Positions 48,316 to 58,259 of a DNA stretch of 64,000 nucleotides are shown piece by piece. The notes under the pieces were generated by a model. It had not been told where the DNA came from, made no database searches, and saw only the letters and a program-made list of their open reading frames with translations. The position numbers were made by a program, and so were the translations under genes. Each line of letters begins with the position of its first letter. Within the stretch, counting starts at the first letter, position 1. Source of the stretch: Chthoniobacteraceae bacterium (lineage in GTDB: Bacteria > Verrucomicrobiota > Verrucomicrobiia > Chthoniobacterales > Chthoniobacteraceae); contig JANNWY010000108.1 in NCBI GenBank assembly GCA_031409335.1, forward strand, positions 1 to 64,000, written 5' to 3'.

Positions 48316-49284
48316 TCAGACGGAATCGCTCCGGGTCAGAAGCACCGCCAGTTGATCTCCCCGGTTCGCTCGGTTTGCAGCCGCCGCCTCCCGGCGGAAT
48401 TCCGCCAATTCCATCGCGCTGAAGTGGTCCTGTGGTTGTGCGAGGCGCCCCTCCGCGTCGGTGTGGGGAACACCCCGCCGGTAAAGCTCGCTCGCCCAGA
48501 ACTGAAACTCTGTCGAGTCGCACCAACACTCCCGGATCCGCAGGCCAGCTTTGTCGGCGAGCAATTGCAAGCTCGTGCGCGTATGAAGGAACAAATGGCG
48601 CGGCGCATCCAGTTGCACCCAGTTCTCCCGGTATCTCTCCCATGCCACACTCTCGACCGTCGGCAGGCGCAACAGGATGCTGCCACCTGGGGCCAGGCGT
48701 TCCCGGCAATTCCGCAACATCTCGCCACCGTCTGCCAAGTGTTCGAATACATGGTGCAGCATAATCAGATCAAACGTCTCGTTGAGCTTTTCCATCGCGA
48801 GCTTGCGCACGTGCAAGCCAGGTAACACCTCGAAGTCGTCGGGCAAGTAAGGATCAATTCCCAGCAGACTTCGAATCCCTGCCCGGTGAAGCAAGCTGAG
48901 GAGTTGTCCGCGCCCGCAACCCACGTCGAGGACTTTCATGTCGAGCCGCAACCGCAGTCGCGCCAAACTTAGCATATCAAGGCGGATATTGTCCCGACGG
49001 GCCAGCCACTGTCCGAAACCGCCCAGCCAAGTGAGAATCACCCGGTCGCGTCGGGCCGCAAACCAAGCCTTAAGCCCCTGTGTCGGGATCGGTGCCACGT
49101 TGAAGCTGTAATAGTGGTGGGGATAATAACGGCCTAAGTCCTCAGGGATTTTCGCGATCTGCAAGCATCCGCAGCGTCCGCATTGGAAATATAGGAACAC
49201 ATCTCCGAGCCCGAACATCTTCTCGTGACAAACATACTCCTTCAGGCTCTCGTGGTTTGCACAAATGCGGCAGGTGTGGCTCAT
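48316..49284 (-). CDS. SAM methyltransferase with N-terminal Zn ribbon
   Basis: CRIC...CGRC, VLDVGCGRG, HHVFEH, DAPRH. Confidence 0.87.
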   Translation of the reverse strand: MSHTCRICANHESLKEYVCHEKMFGLGDVFLYFQCGRCGCLQIAKIPEDLGRYYPHHYYSFNVAPIPTQGLKAWFAARRDRVILTWLGGFGQWLARRDNIRLDMLSLARLRLRLDMKVLDVGCGRGQLLSLLHRAGIRSLLGIDPYLPDDFEVLPGLHVRKLAMEKLNETFDLIMLHHVFEHLADGGEMLRNCRERLAPGGSILLRLPTVESVAWERYRENWVQLDAPRHLFLHTRTSLQLLADKAGLRIRECWCDSTEFQFWASELYRRGVPHTDAEGRLAQPQDHFSAMELAEFRREAAAANRANRGDQLAVLLTRSDSV

Positions 49285-49404
49285 AAGAAAAACGACTCAA
49301 AAGACTCAGGATGCCTTCCATTGTGAGGCATCAGCAGGAGTTGCGAGCGAAGCACCGCGTGCTGCACCTCGATCAATGGATCTGCAGTGCAAAGCCGACT
49401 GACT

Positions 49405-50256
49405 TCATTTTGAGCGCTGCCAATAGACGCCCCCCCAGTCGATGACTTGAATCGGGTCGGTAATTCCATGCTTGTTACGGTAGTCTTCGACCGCCTGTTT
49501 GCAGGCAGGTACTGCACCATAGTCGTCCACGATTAGATAGCCACCGACGGAAAGCTTCGGATAGAGACTCTCAAACCCGTCCATCGTGGATTCATACATG
49601 TCACCATCCAGTCGGACCACCGCCAGCTTTGAGATCGGCGCACCGGGCAGCGTGTCCTTGAACCAGCCTTTCAGGAATCGAACCTGCTCGTCGAGCAGAC
49701 CGTAACGTTCGAAGTTCGACTTCACTTGGTCCAAGGAAATGGCAAGCGGCGCTAAGGTATGGTGAGTATCGCCGGCGTCGGCAGGATACTTCTCCATATC
49801 CGGCGGCGGCAGGCCGGCGAAGGAATCCGCCACCCATACCGTCCGGTCATCGACCCCGTAGGCCTTGAGGATGCCGCGCATGAAAATGCAGGCACCCCCG
49901 CGCCAGACACCGGTCTCAATTAGATCACCCGGCACATTGTCCCGAATGACACTCTCGACACAAAACTGCAAATTCTCCATCCGCTTCATTCCGATCATCG
50001 TGTGCGCTAGGTTCGGCCAGTCGCGGCCTTCCAATCGCTGCGTTTTTGGATCGAGCTTCTTCTTCTCGCCGCTGCCTATCAGATCCTCAATCGCTTTCTT
50101 TGCCCTCACTTTGAGTCCCTCGCTCGACGGTATTTTCTGAGATCCATCCTGCGCTTCCCACAAGGTCATGGTGAGCGTGCGTTTCAAAATGTTGACATAG
50201 CTGCTCCGCAATTCAGCGGTACACGATTCGTCCGAAGTTTTCGACATTTGATCCAT
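49405..50256 (-). CDS. TylF/MycF/NovP-family sugar O-methyltransferase
   Basis: HTMIG, ETGVWRGG, DSFAG, RLDGDMYEST, VDDY. Confidence 0.92.
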   Translation of the reverse strand: MDQMSKTSDESCTAELRSSYVNILKRTLTMTLWEAQDGSQKIPSSEGLKVRAKKAIEDLIGSGEKKKLDPKTQRLEGRDWPNLAHTMIGMKRMENLQFCVESVIRDNVPGDLIETGVWRGGACIFMRGILKAYGVDDRTVWVADSFAGLPPPDMEKYPADAGDTHHTLAPLAISLDQVKSNFERYGLLDEQVRFLKGWFKDTLPGAPISKLAVVRLDGDMYESTMDGFESLYPKLSVGGYLIVDDYGAVPACKQAVEDYRNKHGITDPIQVIDWGGVYWQRSK

Positions 50257-50549
50257 GTATGTGCAGAAGCTCGTCCATGTCAAACCATTGCCTCCCGGCA
50301 TCTACTGATGAGTCGTTTCGTACGCATGTGGCAGTCTTTTTGCGAATCTCAATCGACGGTTCGCCCGAACGAAGGCGATTTGCGTCATGAGTCGATGGCA
50401 GAGCCATTGGCTCGACCGGAACGACCCCTCGTAGTTGCAACACCGTGCTGCTGCGTTCAGGCGCTAGTGAGGGCGTCAGGGCGCATGTTTTTCAAAAGCC
50501 AGCGCGGCAGTGTTTCAAATACGGCCACGGCATTTTTGGGATGCGATGT

Positions 50550-51791
50550 TCATTTCAACAGAAAAAACACCCGCCCGAAAAGCACCACTCCCTGGGCAGC
50601 AAGTGTCCACTGAAGCAGCCACCCGACTTGTCCCGGCGTGAGGCTGTCCCTGCCAACAATCAGTAAGCCCAAAAACATTGAAAATGCCAAAAGGCGCACG
50701 ATCGCCAGTTCGCGGTAGCGATGAAATGAATACAGCACCGTTGCGGGAAGCATGTAGAGGACATAGCATCCGCTGAGAACCGAGAATAGCTTGAAAAATG
50801 GGATGGATTCCTCCCATTGGTTTCCGAAAATGAATGGGACGAGTTGAGGCGCGTAGAACCACCAAATTGCCCAATTGACTATGGCACCGGAGCTGACAAG
50901 CGCAGTTGTTTTCAGAAAGAGTCTCCGCCGCTGGCTTTGGTTTTCGGAGCGAACCAGTGCGGAAGTCGTCGGGTTCACGAGAAATGAACCGAGCGCCAAC
51001 TGACTCAACGGAGCAAAATTAAATGCGCGATTGTAGTGTCCCAGCGTCTCTGATCCCGTGAAGTGCCCGACAAACCACTTGTCCAAGCGAAAAATGCCGA
51101 TGTCGGAGATCGTCCCGAGCCAAATCCAAAACCCTGATCCGAGCAGATTTTTCAATGCAGTCCACTCGATTGGAGCCCACAATTCTTTCCTGCCGTAGTG
51201 TCGAAAGACAAAAAAATCGCTTAACAGGCTCACAATCCCTGGAATTGCAAGACTTGCCGAGCCACAGCCCCAAAGCGCGGCTGGAATCATGGTCACAACC
51301 ACGATCGCGGCAGTGATGCCGGCGGTGATGGAGTTGGGTTTGAAATTTCCACCAGCCTCAAGCCATGCTTTATTTGCATAGACGATTTCCCGAAGTGCCT
51401 CCGGGGCTCCAAACAAGAATGCCAGTAACGCAAGCTGCCAACTTTGAGAATAGAGCAGCCAGCCTACCAGACCGCCTAGAATCAATGCCTTGGTACCGAT
51501 GATCATCCACGACATGCCCAGAATTCGGCGAAAAAGGTCGGAGCTGCGCCCGCCGTCTGCAAGAATGAGCAGTGTTAAAGACCAACTGGCTGGCAGAAAG
51601 CACAAGAGCACTGTCGCGGCCACGTAGGCAAAATCCCCGAAGTCAGATGGCATCAGGATTCTGGCCATGAAGATGCTCAGAAGCAACCCGAATCCCTGCT
51701 GCAAGTAATTCGCAAGAGTTTGCCAGATATGGCTTCGGACGGTGGGCCTTGCGCGCACGGTCTCGTAAAGTTTCGAAATGGCGCGCTTCAT
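50550..51791 (-). CDS. Oligosaccharide flippase (Wzx-like)
   Basis: ARILMPSDFG, DKWFVG...LGHYNRA, many TM helices. Confidence 0.8.
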   Translation of the reverse strand: MKRAISKLYETVRARPTVRSHIWQTLANYLQQGFGLLLSIFMARILMPSDFGDFAYVAATVLLCFLPASWSLTLLILADGGRSSDLFRRILGMSWMIIGTKALILGGLVGWLLYSQSWQLALLAFLFGAPEALREIVYANKAWLEAGGNFKPNSITAGITAAIVVVTMIPAALWGCGSASLAIPGIVSLLSDFFVFRHYGRKELWAPIEWTALKNLLGSGFWIWLGTISDIGIFRLDKWFVGHFTGSETLGHYNRAFNFAPLSQLALGSFLVNPTTSALVRSENQSQRRRLFLKTTALVSSGAIVNWAIWWFYAPQLVPFIFGNQWEESIPFFKLFSVLSGCYVLYMLPATVLYSFHRYRELAIVRLLAFSMFLGLLIVGRDSLTPGQVGWLLQWTLAAQGVVLFGRVFFLLK

Positions 51792-52042
51792 CCTTCGGAA
51801 ATTACGCTTGGGGTTCCATCGACGATCGGGTCTGTCGCCTACCAGTTTCTTCGATCTGAATCGTCAAATGCAGAATCAGTCCTTCAGGCTGTTATCCATA
51901 ACATGCGGACGCGGGCTGGCCACGCGGATAGCCTTTCACGCAGCGCAGCGCGACGCAGTGAAAATCTTCAAACGTAGCGGTGTTTAGCCTCAACTTCCCG
52001 GATGAAACATGCTCAAGGCTGGGATGGAGTGACCGGCTGGAA

Positions 52043-53677
52043 TCATCGTGTTGAACGTCCGCCTACGAGGGTTCCTGCGTGAATGCCACGAGGTCGGGAG
52101 CCAGGTAGCGCATGGGCAGGCATGGAACTCGCGCCCCAGGTTGAAGAGGGATCGTTTGATGATAAAACACCGGGAGCTTTTGGATTTGACGACTTTGCAT
52201 ATGCGATTCCGAGGCTTACCAAGGCACCGTAGGACCACCAGCGTCCAAACGCGTCCATCGCACTATGGCCACTGGTATGCGACCGGACGAGGTAAATGGT
52301 GATTGTCAAGAACAGGTAAGCGGCAAGGGTGGCGCGCATTGAGTTGGGCGGAAACCGCATGGCCAACCGATAGGAGGCTCGGATAACAGCGAAAAAAATC
52401 AGGGCGGCAATCATTGCCGCTGGAATTCCGAAATCTGCGGCGTAACCAAGCCATGTGTTGTGCCAGGCCGAGCCCATGGCAAAAGGCGCGACCTGCAATT
52501 CGGTATCACCGCCGCGGGTGGCGTACTGCGCGATGAGTGCTTGAGAAAGGCTTAGATTCACCTGATAACCTTCCCCAACCCATGGATCATTCTCGATCTT
52601 CTTGATGGCTTGCCGGCGCAGTTCGGCGCGAAATAGATCCTTTCCTCCCGCTAAAGATCCAAGTTCCGAGTCCCACTGGGCTGGCAGGGCGGAGAAAGCG
52701 CGCTGGACTGTCAAAGGAAAGCGGAACAGATCGCCGTGCCCGATTACGATAACGGTCCCAGCCATGACCGCCCCGGCCAGCCAAAGCATGAAGAATCCCC
52801 ATTCGCGGCGCAGAAATGAGGCAAGGATGGCAATCATCGGAATGGCGGCGAGGGCGGCCCTTTTTCCGCTCATCGCGATCAGCAAAACGCAAAGCACAAA
52901 CCCGACTGCCACCCAAAGTCTATGTAACGAAAACAGTTCCGAAGTCTTGAAACGCGCGAACGCAAGGCTCACCAAGATCAGAGGCACTCCTGCGAGCGCC
53001 TGATGCCACGTGTAAAACGAATCCGGGTCCGCGAAGAGCTGGGCGCTCGCATCGAGACCGAGAAAACCGAGCGGAAGAAAGAATATGGCAATCTGGTAAA
53101 CCGACTCAACAAAGGCTCCGATCAATAGAAGAATAATCATCCATTTGCAGTCATTGTCGGTCATCTCCTGGTTCGCCATGATGATGAACGAGGCGAGGGC
53201 CAGCAAAATTTTCGCATAAAAGCGAGCCCCGCCAAGGGACGCTCCCGCCTCGCTGAAACTGCTTAAACCGACTGGATTTAGGCAAAAGATCACAACGACC
53301 CAGCCAACATAGAGAAGGACAGGAGCATGTTCCTTTCGGAAAAACACGAAGGTCTGTTTTTTGACCGCGTAGCGAATCAGAAACACTGCACTGCATAATA
53401 CTGCCGTGATCTCCGGAAGTTCGAGCATCCTGCCTTTGATCGGAACGGCGGGGAGTTGCGTCGTGAACGAAATGGGGATGAGCATCCAGTATCTGTTTCC
53501 GAGAGCCAGCATGAGCGCGATGAAGGCAGACCCGAAAATGGCCGCGTAGATATTGAAGAAATCACCTTCACCAGCAGATGCACCCAGAAAGGCGGCGCCC
53601 AGCAGCGCCACCACCACCGTCACGATGATGTGGAATCGACTGACGATTCGCGAGATGAGGGCGTTGTCTTCTAACAT
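52043..53677 (-). CDS. O-antigen polymerase/ligase-like membrane protein
   Basis: Multi-TM, SGKR, WHNTWL...DFGIP. Confidence 0.75.
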   Translation of the reverse strand: MLEDNALISRIVSRFHIIVTVVVALLGAAFLGASAGEGDFFNIYAAIFGSAFIALMLALGNRYWMLIPISFTTQLPAVPIKGRMLELPEITAVLCSAVFLIRYAVKKQTFVFFRKEHAPVLLYVGWVVVIFCLNPVGLSSFSEAGASLGGARFYAKILLALASFIIMANQEMTDNDCKWMIILLLIGAFVESVYQIAIFFLPLGFLGLDASAQLFADPDSFYTWHQALAGVPLILVSLAFARFKTSELFSLHRLWVAVGFVLCVLLIAMSGKRAALAAIPMIAILASFLRREWGFFMLWLAGAVMAGTVIVIGHGDLFRFPLTVQRAFSALPAQWDSELGSLAGGKDLFRAELRRQAIKKIENDPWVGEGYQVNLSLSQALIAQYATRGGDTELQVAPFAMGSAWHNTWLGYAADFGIPAAMIAALIFFAVIRASYRLAMRFPPNSMRATLAAYLFLTITIYLVRSHTSGHSAMDAFGRWWSYGALVSLGIAYAKSSNPKAPGVLSSNDPSSTWGASSMPAHALPGSRPRGIHAGTLVGGRSTR

Positions 53678-53767
53678 GTGGGAGGATGTGAGCGCGGAAT
53701 GTAGTGTGGCTTTGCCGAAAATAAAGTCACATTCCTCCCCGCAAACAATGGGCCTGCGGCGACCATG

Positions 53768-53793
53768 AAAAAACGGGACGGGAGCCCGCCCGT
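53768..53793 (-). terminator. Rho-independent terminator after pal
   Basis: Minus strand ACGGGCGGGCTCCCGTCCCG followed by T6. Confidence 0.6.
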
Positions 53794-54302
53794 CAGCGCA
53801 CGACGCCGAATTCCGCCCGCCGGTTTTTCGCCCAGGCGCTTTCGTTGGAGCCGCTGTCGGCGGGCATTTCGGCACCAAAGCTCACGGTTTGCAGGCGGCC
53901 TCCGGGTGCTCCGGCGCGGATGAGGGCTTCGCGCACGGACAGGGCGCGCTTTTCGCCAAGGGCCCGGTTGTATTCGGGGGTGCCGCGTTCGTCGGTGAAG
54001 CCGGCGATGATGATCGTGTTCGACGCGCTTTTCATGAAGGCGGCGACTTGCGCGATTTTTCCCTGTTCACCGCCGCCGAGGCTGTCGGCGTCGAATCCGA
54101 AATAGATCGGCGCGAATTTGTTGCGGTCCACATTCGAGCCGAGAAAAGAGACGCCTTCCTGCCGGTCGGGCAGGGCGGAGCCGCTGACGTAATCGCCGTC
54201 CGCGCCGCCGCCCGGGAGACTGGCTCCGTTCTTTTTTGCGCAGCCGCTGAAAGTGAGCGCGAGGATGGCGGCGATGAGCGGGGAAAGTTGCGTGATTTTC
54301 AT
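53793..54302 (-). CDS. pal: Peptidoglycan-associated lipoprotein (OmpA domain)
   Basis: FSGC lipobox, IYFGFD, GFTDERGTPEYNRALGEKRA, KNRR; follows tolB. Confidence 0.9.
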   Translation of the reverse strand: MKITQLSPLIAAILALTFSGCAKKNGASLPGGGADGDYVSGSALPDRQEGVSFLGSNVDRNKFAPIYFGFDADSLGGGEQGKIAQVAAFMKSASNTIIIAGFTDERGTPEYNRALGEKRALSVREALIRAGAPGGRLQTVSFGAEMPADSGSNESAWAKNRRAEFGVVR

Positions 54303-54316
54303 GGAGATGGAGTGAA

Positions 54317-55447
54317 TCAGTGGGACCAGGTGGGTTCGGAAATCTTGCCGACTCCGGACAGCAGTGTTGTGCGCTGGCCGGTGACGGCATCAAGCAGAAT
54401 CAGCGAGCCGCCGCTGGCGACGAGCAGGTGCCGCGAATCCGCGCCCCACACGGGATCGTTCCCCGATCCGATCGAACGCGCTCCGCCACCGGCGAGATCC
54501 ACCACCGATATTTCAAAGCCTCCGCCGCTGCGGGTATTGAACGCGACTTTTTTTCCGTCCGGCGACCAGTTCGGCTCGGTACAGTTGCTCCGTCCGGTCT
54601 GGAGAAGGCGTCCGCTGCTTCCGCTGGCGGAGATTCGGTAAAGCTGGGAGCTGCCGCGATCGTCGCTGGAATAAATGATCTCGCCGCCATCGGGCGACCA
54701 CGTCGGAGAACTCTCCGAGCCGCCGGTCCGCGTGAGTCGCCGCGCGCCACCGCCGCCGGAGCCCGTCACGTAAAGTTCGGGATTTCCGTCCTTGCTCAAC
54801 GTCACCGCGATGCGCCCGCTGTCCGGGGAAAAAACCGCGCCGGTGTTGGTGCCGGGATATTTCATGATGCGGCTGCGCGCGCCGCTGCCGAGATCGATCG
54901 CGTAAACATCGGGATAACCGCTGTGGTAGCCCGTGTAGAGCAGCCGGCGTCCGTCCGGGCTCAGGCACGGTCCGACGCTGATCGCGTTGTCGCGGGTGAG
55001 CTGCACGAGATTCGAGCCGTCGGCGTCGCAGGTGTAGATTTCCTTCTTCCCGGAGCGCGTGCCGACGAAGGCGATCTTCGTATTCGCGAAGCCGCGATTG
55101 CCGGTGAGCGTCTCCACGATTTCATCGGCGAAAGCGTGGATCCTTCCCCGCGCCGAGCCGTCGAATGTTTTCGAAAGCACACTCTTGCCGCCGCGATCCG
55201 CGACGGAACCGTTCAGCGCGCCGCCGCCGCTCGATCCGCTCGCGGTGAAGGCCGCGCTGGCAGCCGGCACGACGGAAAAAAATCCCGAGCGCTGTAGATC
55301 ATCCTGAAGGATTTTCGCGTCCGCCCCGCCGAGTCCGGCAATGGCGATGCTGAGTTTGTCGGTCTTGGAAACAGTGATCGTCGGCGTGTCTTCCGCGCGA
55401 ATCATTCCGGCGAAAAAAAAGCAAACGATCGTCAAAAATTGCTTCAT
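54317..55447 (-). CDS. tolB: TolB beta-propeller protein
   Basis: Repeated WSPDG PD40 motifs; adjacent to pal. Confidence 0.88.
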   Translation of the reverse strand: MKQFLTIVCFFFAGMIRAEDTPTITVSKTDKLSIAIAGLGGADAKILQDDLQRSGFFSVVPAASAAFTASGSSGGGALNGSVADRGGKSVLSKTFDGSARGRIHAFADEIVETLTGNRGFANTKIAFVGTRSGKKEIYTCDADGSNLVQLTRDNAISVGPCLSPDGRRLLYTGYHSGYPDVYAIDLGSGARSRIMKYPGTNTGAVFSPDSGRIAVTLSKDGNPELYVTGSGGGGARRLTRTGGSESSPTWSPDGGEIIYSSDDRGSSQLYRISASGSSGRLLQTGRSNCTEPNWSPDGKKVAFNTRSGGGFEISVVDLAGGGARSIGSGNDPVWGADSRHLLVASGGSLILLDAVTGQRTTLLSGVGKISEPTWSH

Positions 55448-55529
55448 GGCGCGCCGACGCTGAACGCATTTTTTGAAAAATCACGACAAAATCGCGGCCA
55501 AATATTTCCGCCAATCTCCGACGTGAAAA

Positions 55530-56786
55530 TCACCGGCTGAACCGCGTCCGCATTCCCTCCGCCACGGCGTCCGCGTATTCGCGAAAAATGCTGCTCCGAC
55601 GGCTCCCCGCGACTTCGCGCTCGCCAACGTAGTCGCCGGCCTGGATGCGCTCCCACACTTCGCGATTGTTCATCGCGTAGGGTTCGAGGAAGACGACGGG
55701 GCAGCGGTAGAGCCGGTTCGCGAGGAGATTGCGCGCCCACACGTATGCGCTCGGGCCGGGGCGGCGGGCGGTGTCGCGGGTGTAAATGCGCGGCGGGAGC
55801 GCGAGGCGGCGGGCCATCGTGTGGACCACGGTTTCGCACGCGGCGATTTCCTCGTCGGCGGTACGGGCGAGCAGTTTCAAAAGCATGTCGTGGCGCACGT
55901 CGTCGTTGCGGAGTTCGGCGGCGCTGTAGGTGCCGTTGATGAGCGCGTGGAGGTAAATGTTTGGCGTGAATCCGGGCGTGCTCGGATCGCCCCACGCGTC
56001 GGCATCGAAATGCAGGCAGAGCAGCACGTCGGGCTGGATGCGTGTGTTCACGATTTCGGCGCGGTGGCGGATTTCCGCGGCGCGGAAAAAGAGCAGTTCA
56101 CTTTGAAACTGGACGCTGTCGCGGCGCAGCGGATCGTCCGGGCCGGCGTAGGTTTCGGGCGGGTCGGCGATGCCTTGCAGGTGCAGTTCTGCGCGCGCGG
56201 CGTCGCGCAAAGTTTCCGGTCGTTCCGGCGTCGTCGCGCCCGGCGCAGTGCGGACGAGGGTCACTTCCGCGCCGAGCTTGGAAAGTTGCGGCGCGAGGAG
56301 TTGCGCGACGCGCAGCGTCATGTCGCCCTCGGTGACGGGCACGGTGTCGCCGATCTGAAACCAGCGCTCCTCGATCTTTGCCCAATCGCCGCCGAGATGG
56401 CCGGGATCGATCGCGATTTTCACCCCGGCGAGGGGTCGCGCGGGATCGGCGCTGCGCGGAATCTCGGAAACTTTCCGCCAGTAGCGCGGCGCGCGATTTT
56501 CGTGCGCGGCATCTTTCGCGAAGCGCAAAACAAACGTGTCGCCGGGCGCGAGATTTTTGCGAATGACGGCGGCATCCTCGCCGATCTCGATGAGCCCCGC
56601 GGCGGCTTGATTCGGCGCGTAGATGCCGTCGAGCAGGCGCGCGAATTCGCCGCGCGTGATCGTTTCCTGATACGCCTCCAGAGCATTCCAGTCCGGGATC
56701 GGAGCGAGCGCGCTGACGCGCTGTGCGCGGATTTCACCGGCGAGACAGGCAAGCGCCCCGAGCGTGAGGGCGATGAGGCGGCGCAC
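55530..56786 (-). CDS. N-acetylmuramoyl-L-alanine amidase-like (Amidase_3) protein
   Basis: IAIDPGH, EGDMTL, CLHFDA, VFLE; signal peptide. Confidence 0.7.
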   Translation of the reverse strand: MRRLIALTLGALACLAGEIRAQRVSALAPIPDWNALEAYQETITRGEFARLLDGIYAPNQAAAGLIEIGEDAAVIRKNLAPGDTFVLRFAKDAAHENRAPRYWRKVSEIPRSADPARPLAGVKIAIDPGHLGGDWAKIEERWFQIGDTVPVTEGDMTLRVAQLLAPQLSKLGAEVTLVRTAPGATTPERPETLRDAARAELHLQGIADPPETYAGPDDPLRRDSVQFQSELLFFRAAEIRHRAEIVNTRIQPDVLLCLHFDADAWGDPSTPGFTPNIYLHALINGTYSAAELRNDDVRHDMLLKLLARTADEEIAACETVVHTMARRLALPPRIYTRDTARRPGPSAYVWARNLLANRLYRCPVVFLEPYAMNNREVWERIQAGDYVGEREVAGSRRSSIFREYADAVAEGMRTRFSR

Positions 56787-56787
56787 G

Positions 56788-58188
56788 TCAGTTGATGGAA
56801 ATCAGTGTGCCGACGGGAGTTTCCGCGAAGAGTTTCCGCGCTGCTCCGGATGGCAGCCGGATGCAGCCGTGCGAGGCGGGTCCGCCGCCGACATTGCCCT
56901 GGTGCAATCCAAAATCGCGGCAGCTCAGGCGCATGAAATAGGGCATCGCGACTTTGTAGATGGAGGAAACATGGTCGCGATTCTTATCGGTGACGACGTA
57001 ACGCCCCGCCGGTGTGCGAAAGCCTTTTCGGCCGGTGGAAATGCTCGTCGTGAACGTGGGCGCGCCGTTTTTGAAAACGACGGCCTCCTGCGAATTGAGC
57101 GAGATTTCGATCCGGAGCTGCGCGGGATCGGGGCCGCTGCCGAGGAGCATCTGCGCGCTGCGCCAGCTATCGGTGCGGGTGGCGAAATAGAGCGCGATCA
57201 TTTTGTGCTTTGGCGTCGCGCGGTTGCGGACGGCGCCGGCATCGAGCAGCGCTTTCACGAGGTCTTCCCGGCCGAGGCTGGCGGCGAGCATGAGCACGGT
57301 CACACCACTGTCACCTTCGAGATAATGGCGGAGGAAATTCCGTGGCATGGTCGCGAGAAATTCCTTTTCGCAGGGCACGGGGATCGCGGTGTTCGGGTCC
57401 GCGCCGCACGCCAGGAGCATGTCGAAAAGCGGGGTTTGATTCATCGTGATCGCGTAGGCGAGCATCGGGGCCTGGTGGCCTTCGGGCCGCGGCGGCGTGG
57501 CGTGTTTTCCCATCAGGAAACGGATGCGCTCCTTGTCGCCGGTGCCGAGCAGCGCGGCCAGCGCCTTTTGCGTCGCGGGGTTCCAGTCGAGCGTGGACGG
57601 CATGTGCTCCGTCACGAGCTGGAGGATTTTTGGATCGCCCGTTTCGTAGGCCATGCCGAGAGCGTTGTTGCCGTCTTCGCACGTGACGCCGGGATTCGCG
57701 GTGAGCGGGAGGAGGAGTTCGATGGCTTCGAGTTTGGCGCCCGCGACTGCGTAATGCAGCGCGGCGCGGCCTTTCGCGTCGATGGAATTTGCGTCGGCTT
57801 TTGCCGCGATGAAGGCGCGGAGCATTTCGAGATTTCCGTGCATCGCCGCGCCCATGAGCGGCGTCACGCCAGCGCCGCCCGGTGTGGCGGCATCCGCGCC
57901 CGCGGCGAGCAGGCGCTTCGCGGTTTCCCAATCGCCATTGAGCGCGGCGATGGAGAGCGGCGTGCGGCCGTCGGCGTCTGCCGCGTTCACGTCGAGCCCC
58001 GCGCCGAAGCAGAGTTCGATGAGCGGGCGGTGTTTGGTGGCGACCGCGCGCGCGAATGCATCCGGGCCGAGCGGGAAGCCGAGCAATTCCAGGCGGTTGA
58101 CAGCCGCTCCCTCGATGGGTTGCGCGGCATTCGCGCTCCCAGCGGAGAGGATCAGCGCCACACCCGCGGCGCGGCAAAAATTAGCCAT
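56788..58188 (-). CDS. Ankyrin-repeat / L,D-transpeptidase (YkuD) fusion
   Basis: GRTPLSIAA, GVTPLMGAA, GRAALHYAV; C-terminal SHGCIRL. Confidence 0.88.
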   Translation of the reverse strand: MANFCRAAGVALILSAGSANAAQPIEGAAVNRLELLGFPLGPDAFARAVATKHRPLIELCFGAGLDVNAADADGRTPLSIAALNGDWETAKRLLAAGADAATPGGAGVTPLMGAAMHGNLEMLRAFIAAKADANSIDAKGRAALHYAVAGAKLEAIELLLPLTANPGVTCEDGNNALGMAYETGDPKILQLVTEHMPSTLDWNPATQKALAALLGTGDKERIRFLMGKHATPPRPEGHQAPMLAYAITMNQTPLFDMLLACGADPNTAIPVPCEKEFLATMPRNFLRHYLEGDSGVTVLMLAASLGREDLVKALLDAGAVRNRATPKHKMIALYFATRTDSWRSAQMLLGSGPDPAQLRIEISLNSQEAVVFKNGAPTFTTSISTGRKGFRTPAGRYVVTDKNRDHVSSIYKVAMPYFMRLSCRDFGLHQGNVGGGPASHGCIRLPSGAARKLFAETPVGTLISIN

Positions 58189-58259
58189 CAAACACTTCAC
58201 AATCACAGTGTAACAACGAGCGCCGATTCCGCGGAACGTCAAGAAAGTTGACGTGATCT

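Noticed and set aside
50257..50549. Short ORFs between TylF and flippase (and 51792-52042)
   Set aside because: No recognisable motifs; probably intergenic
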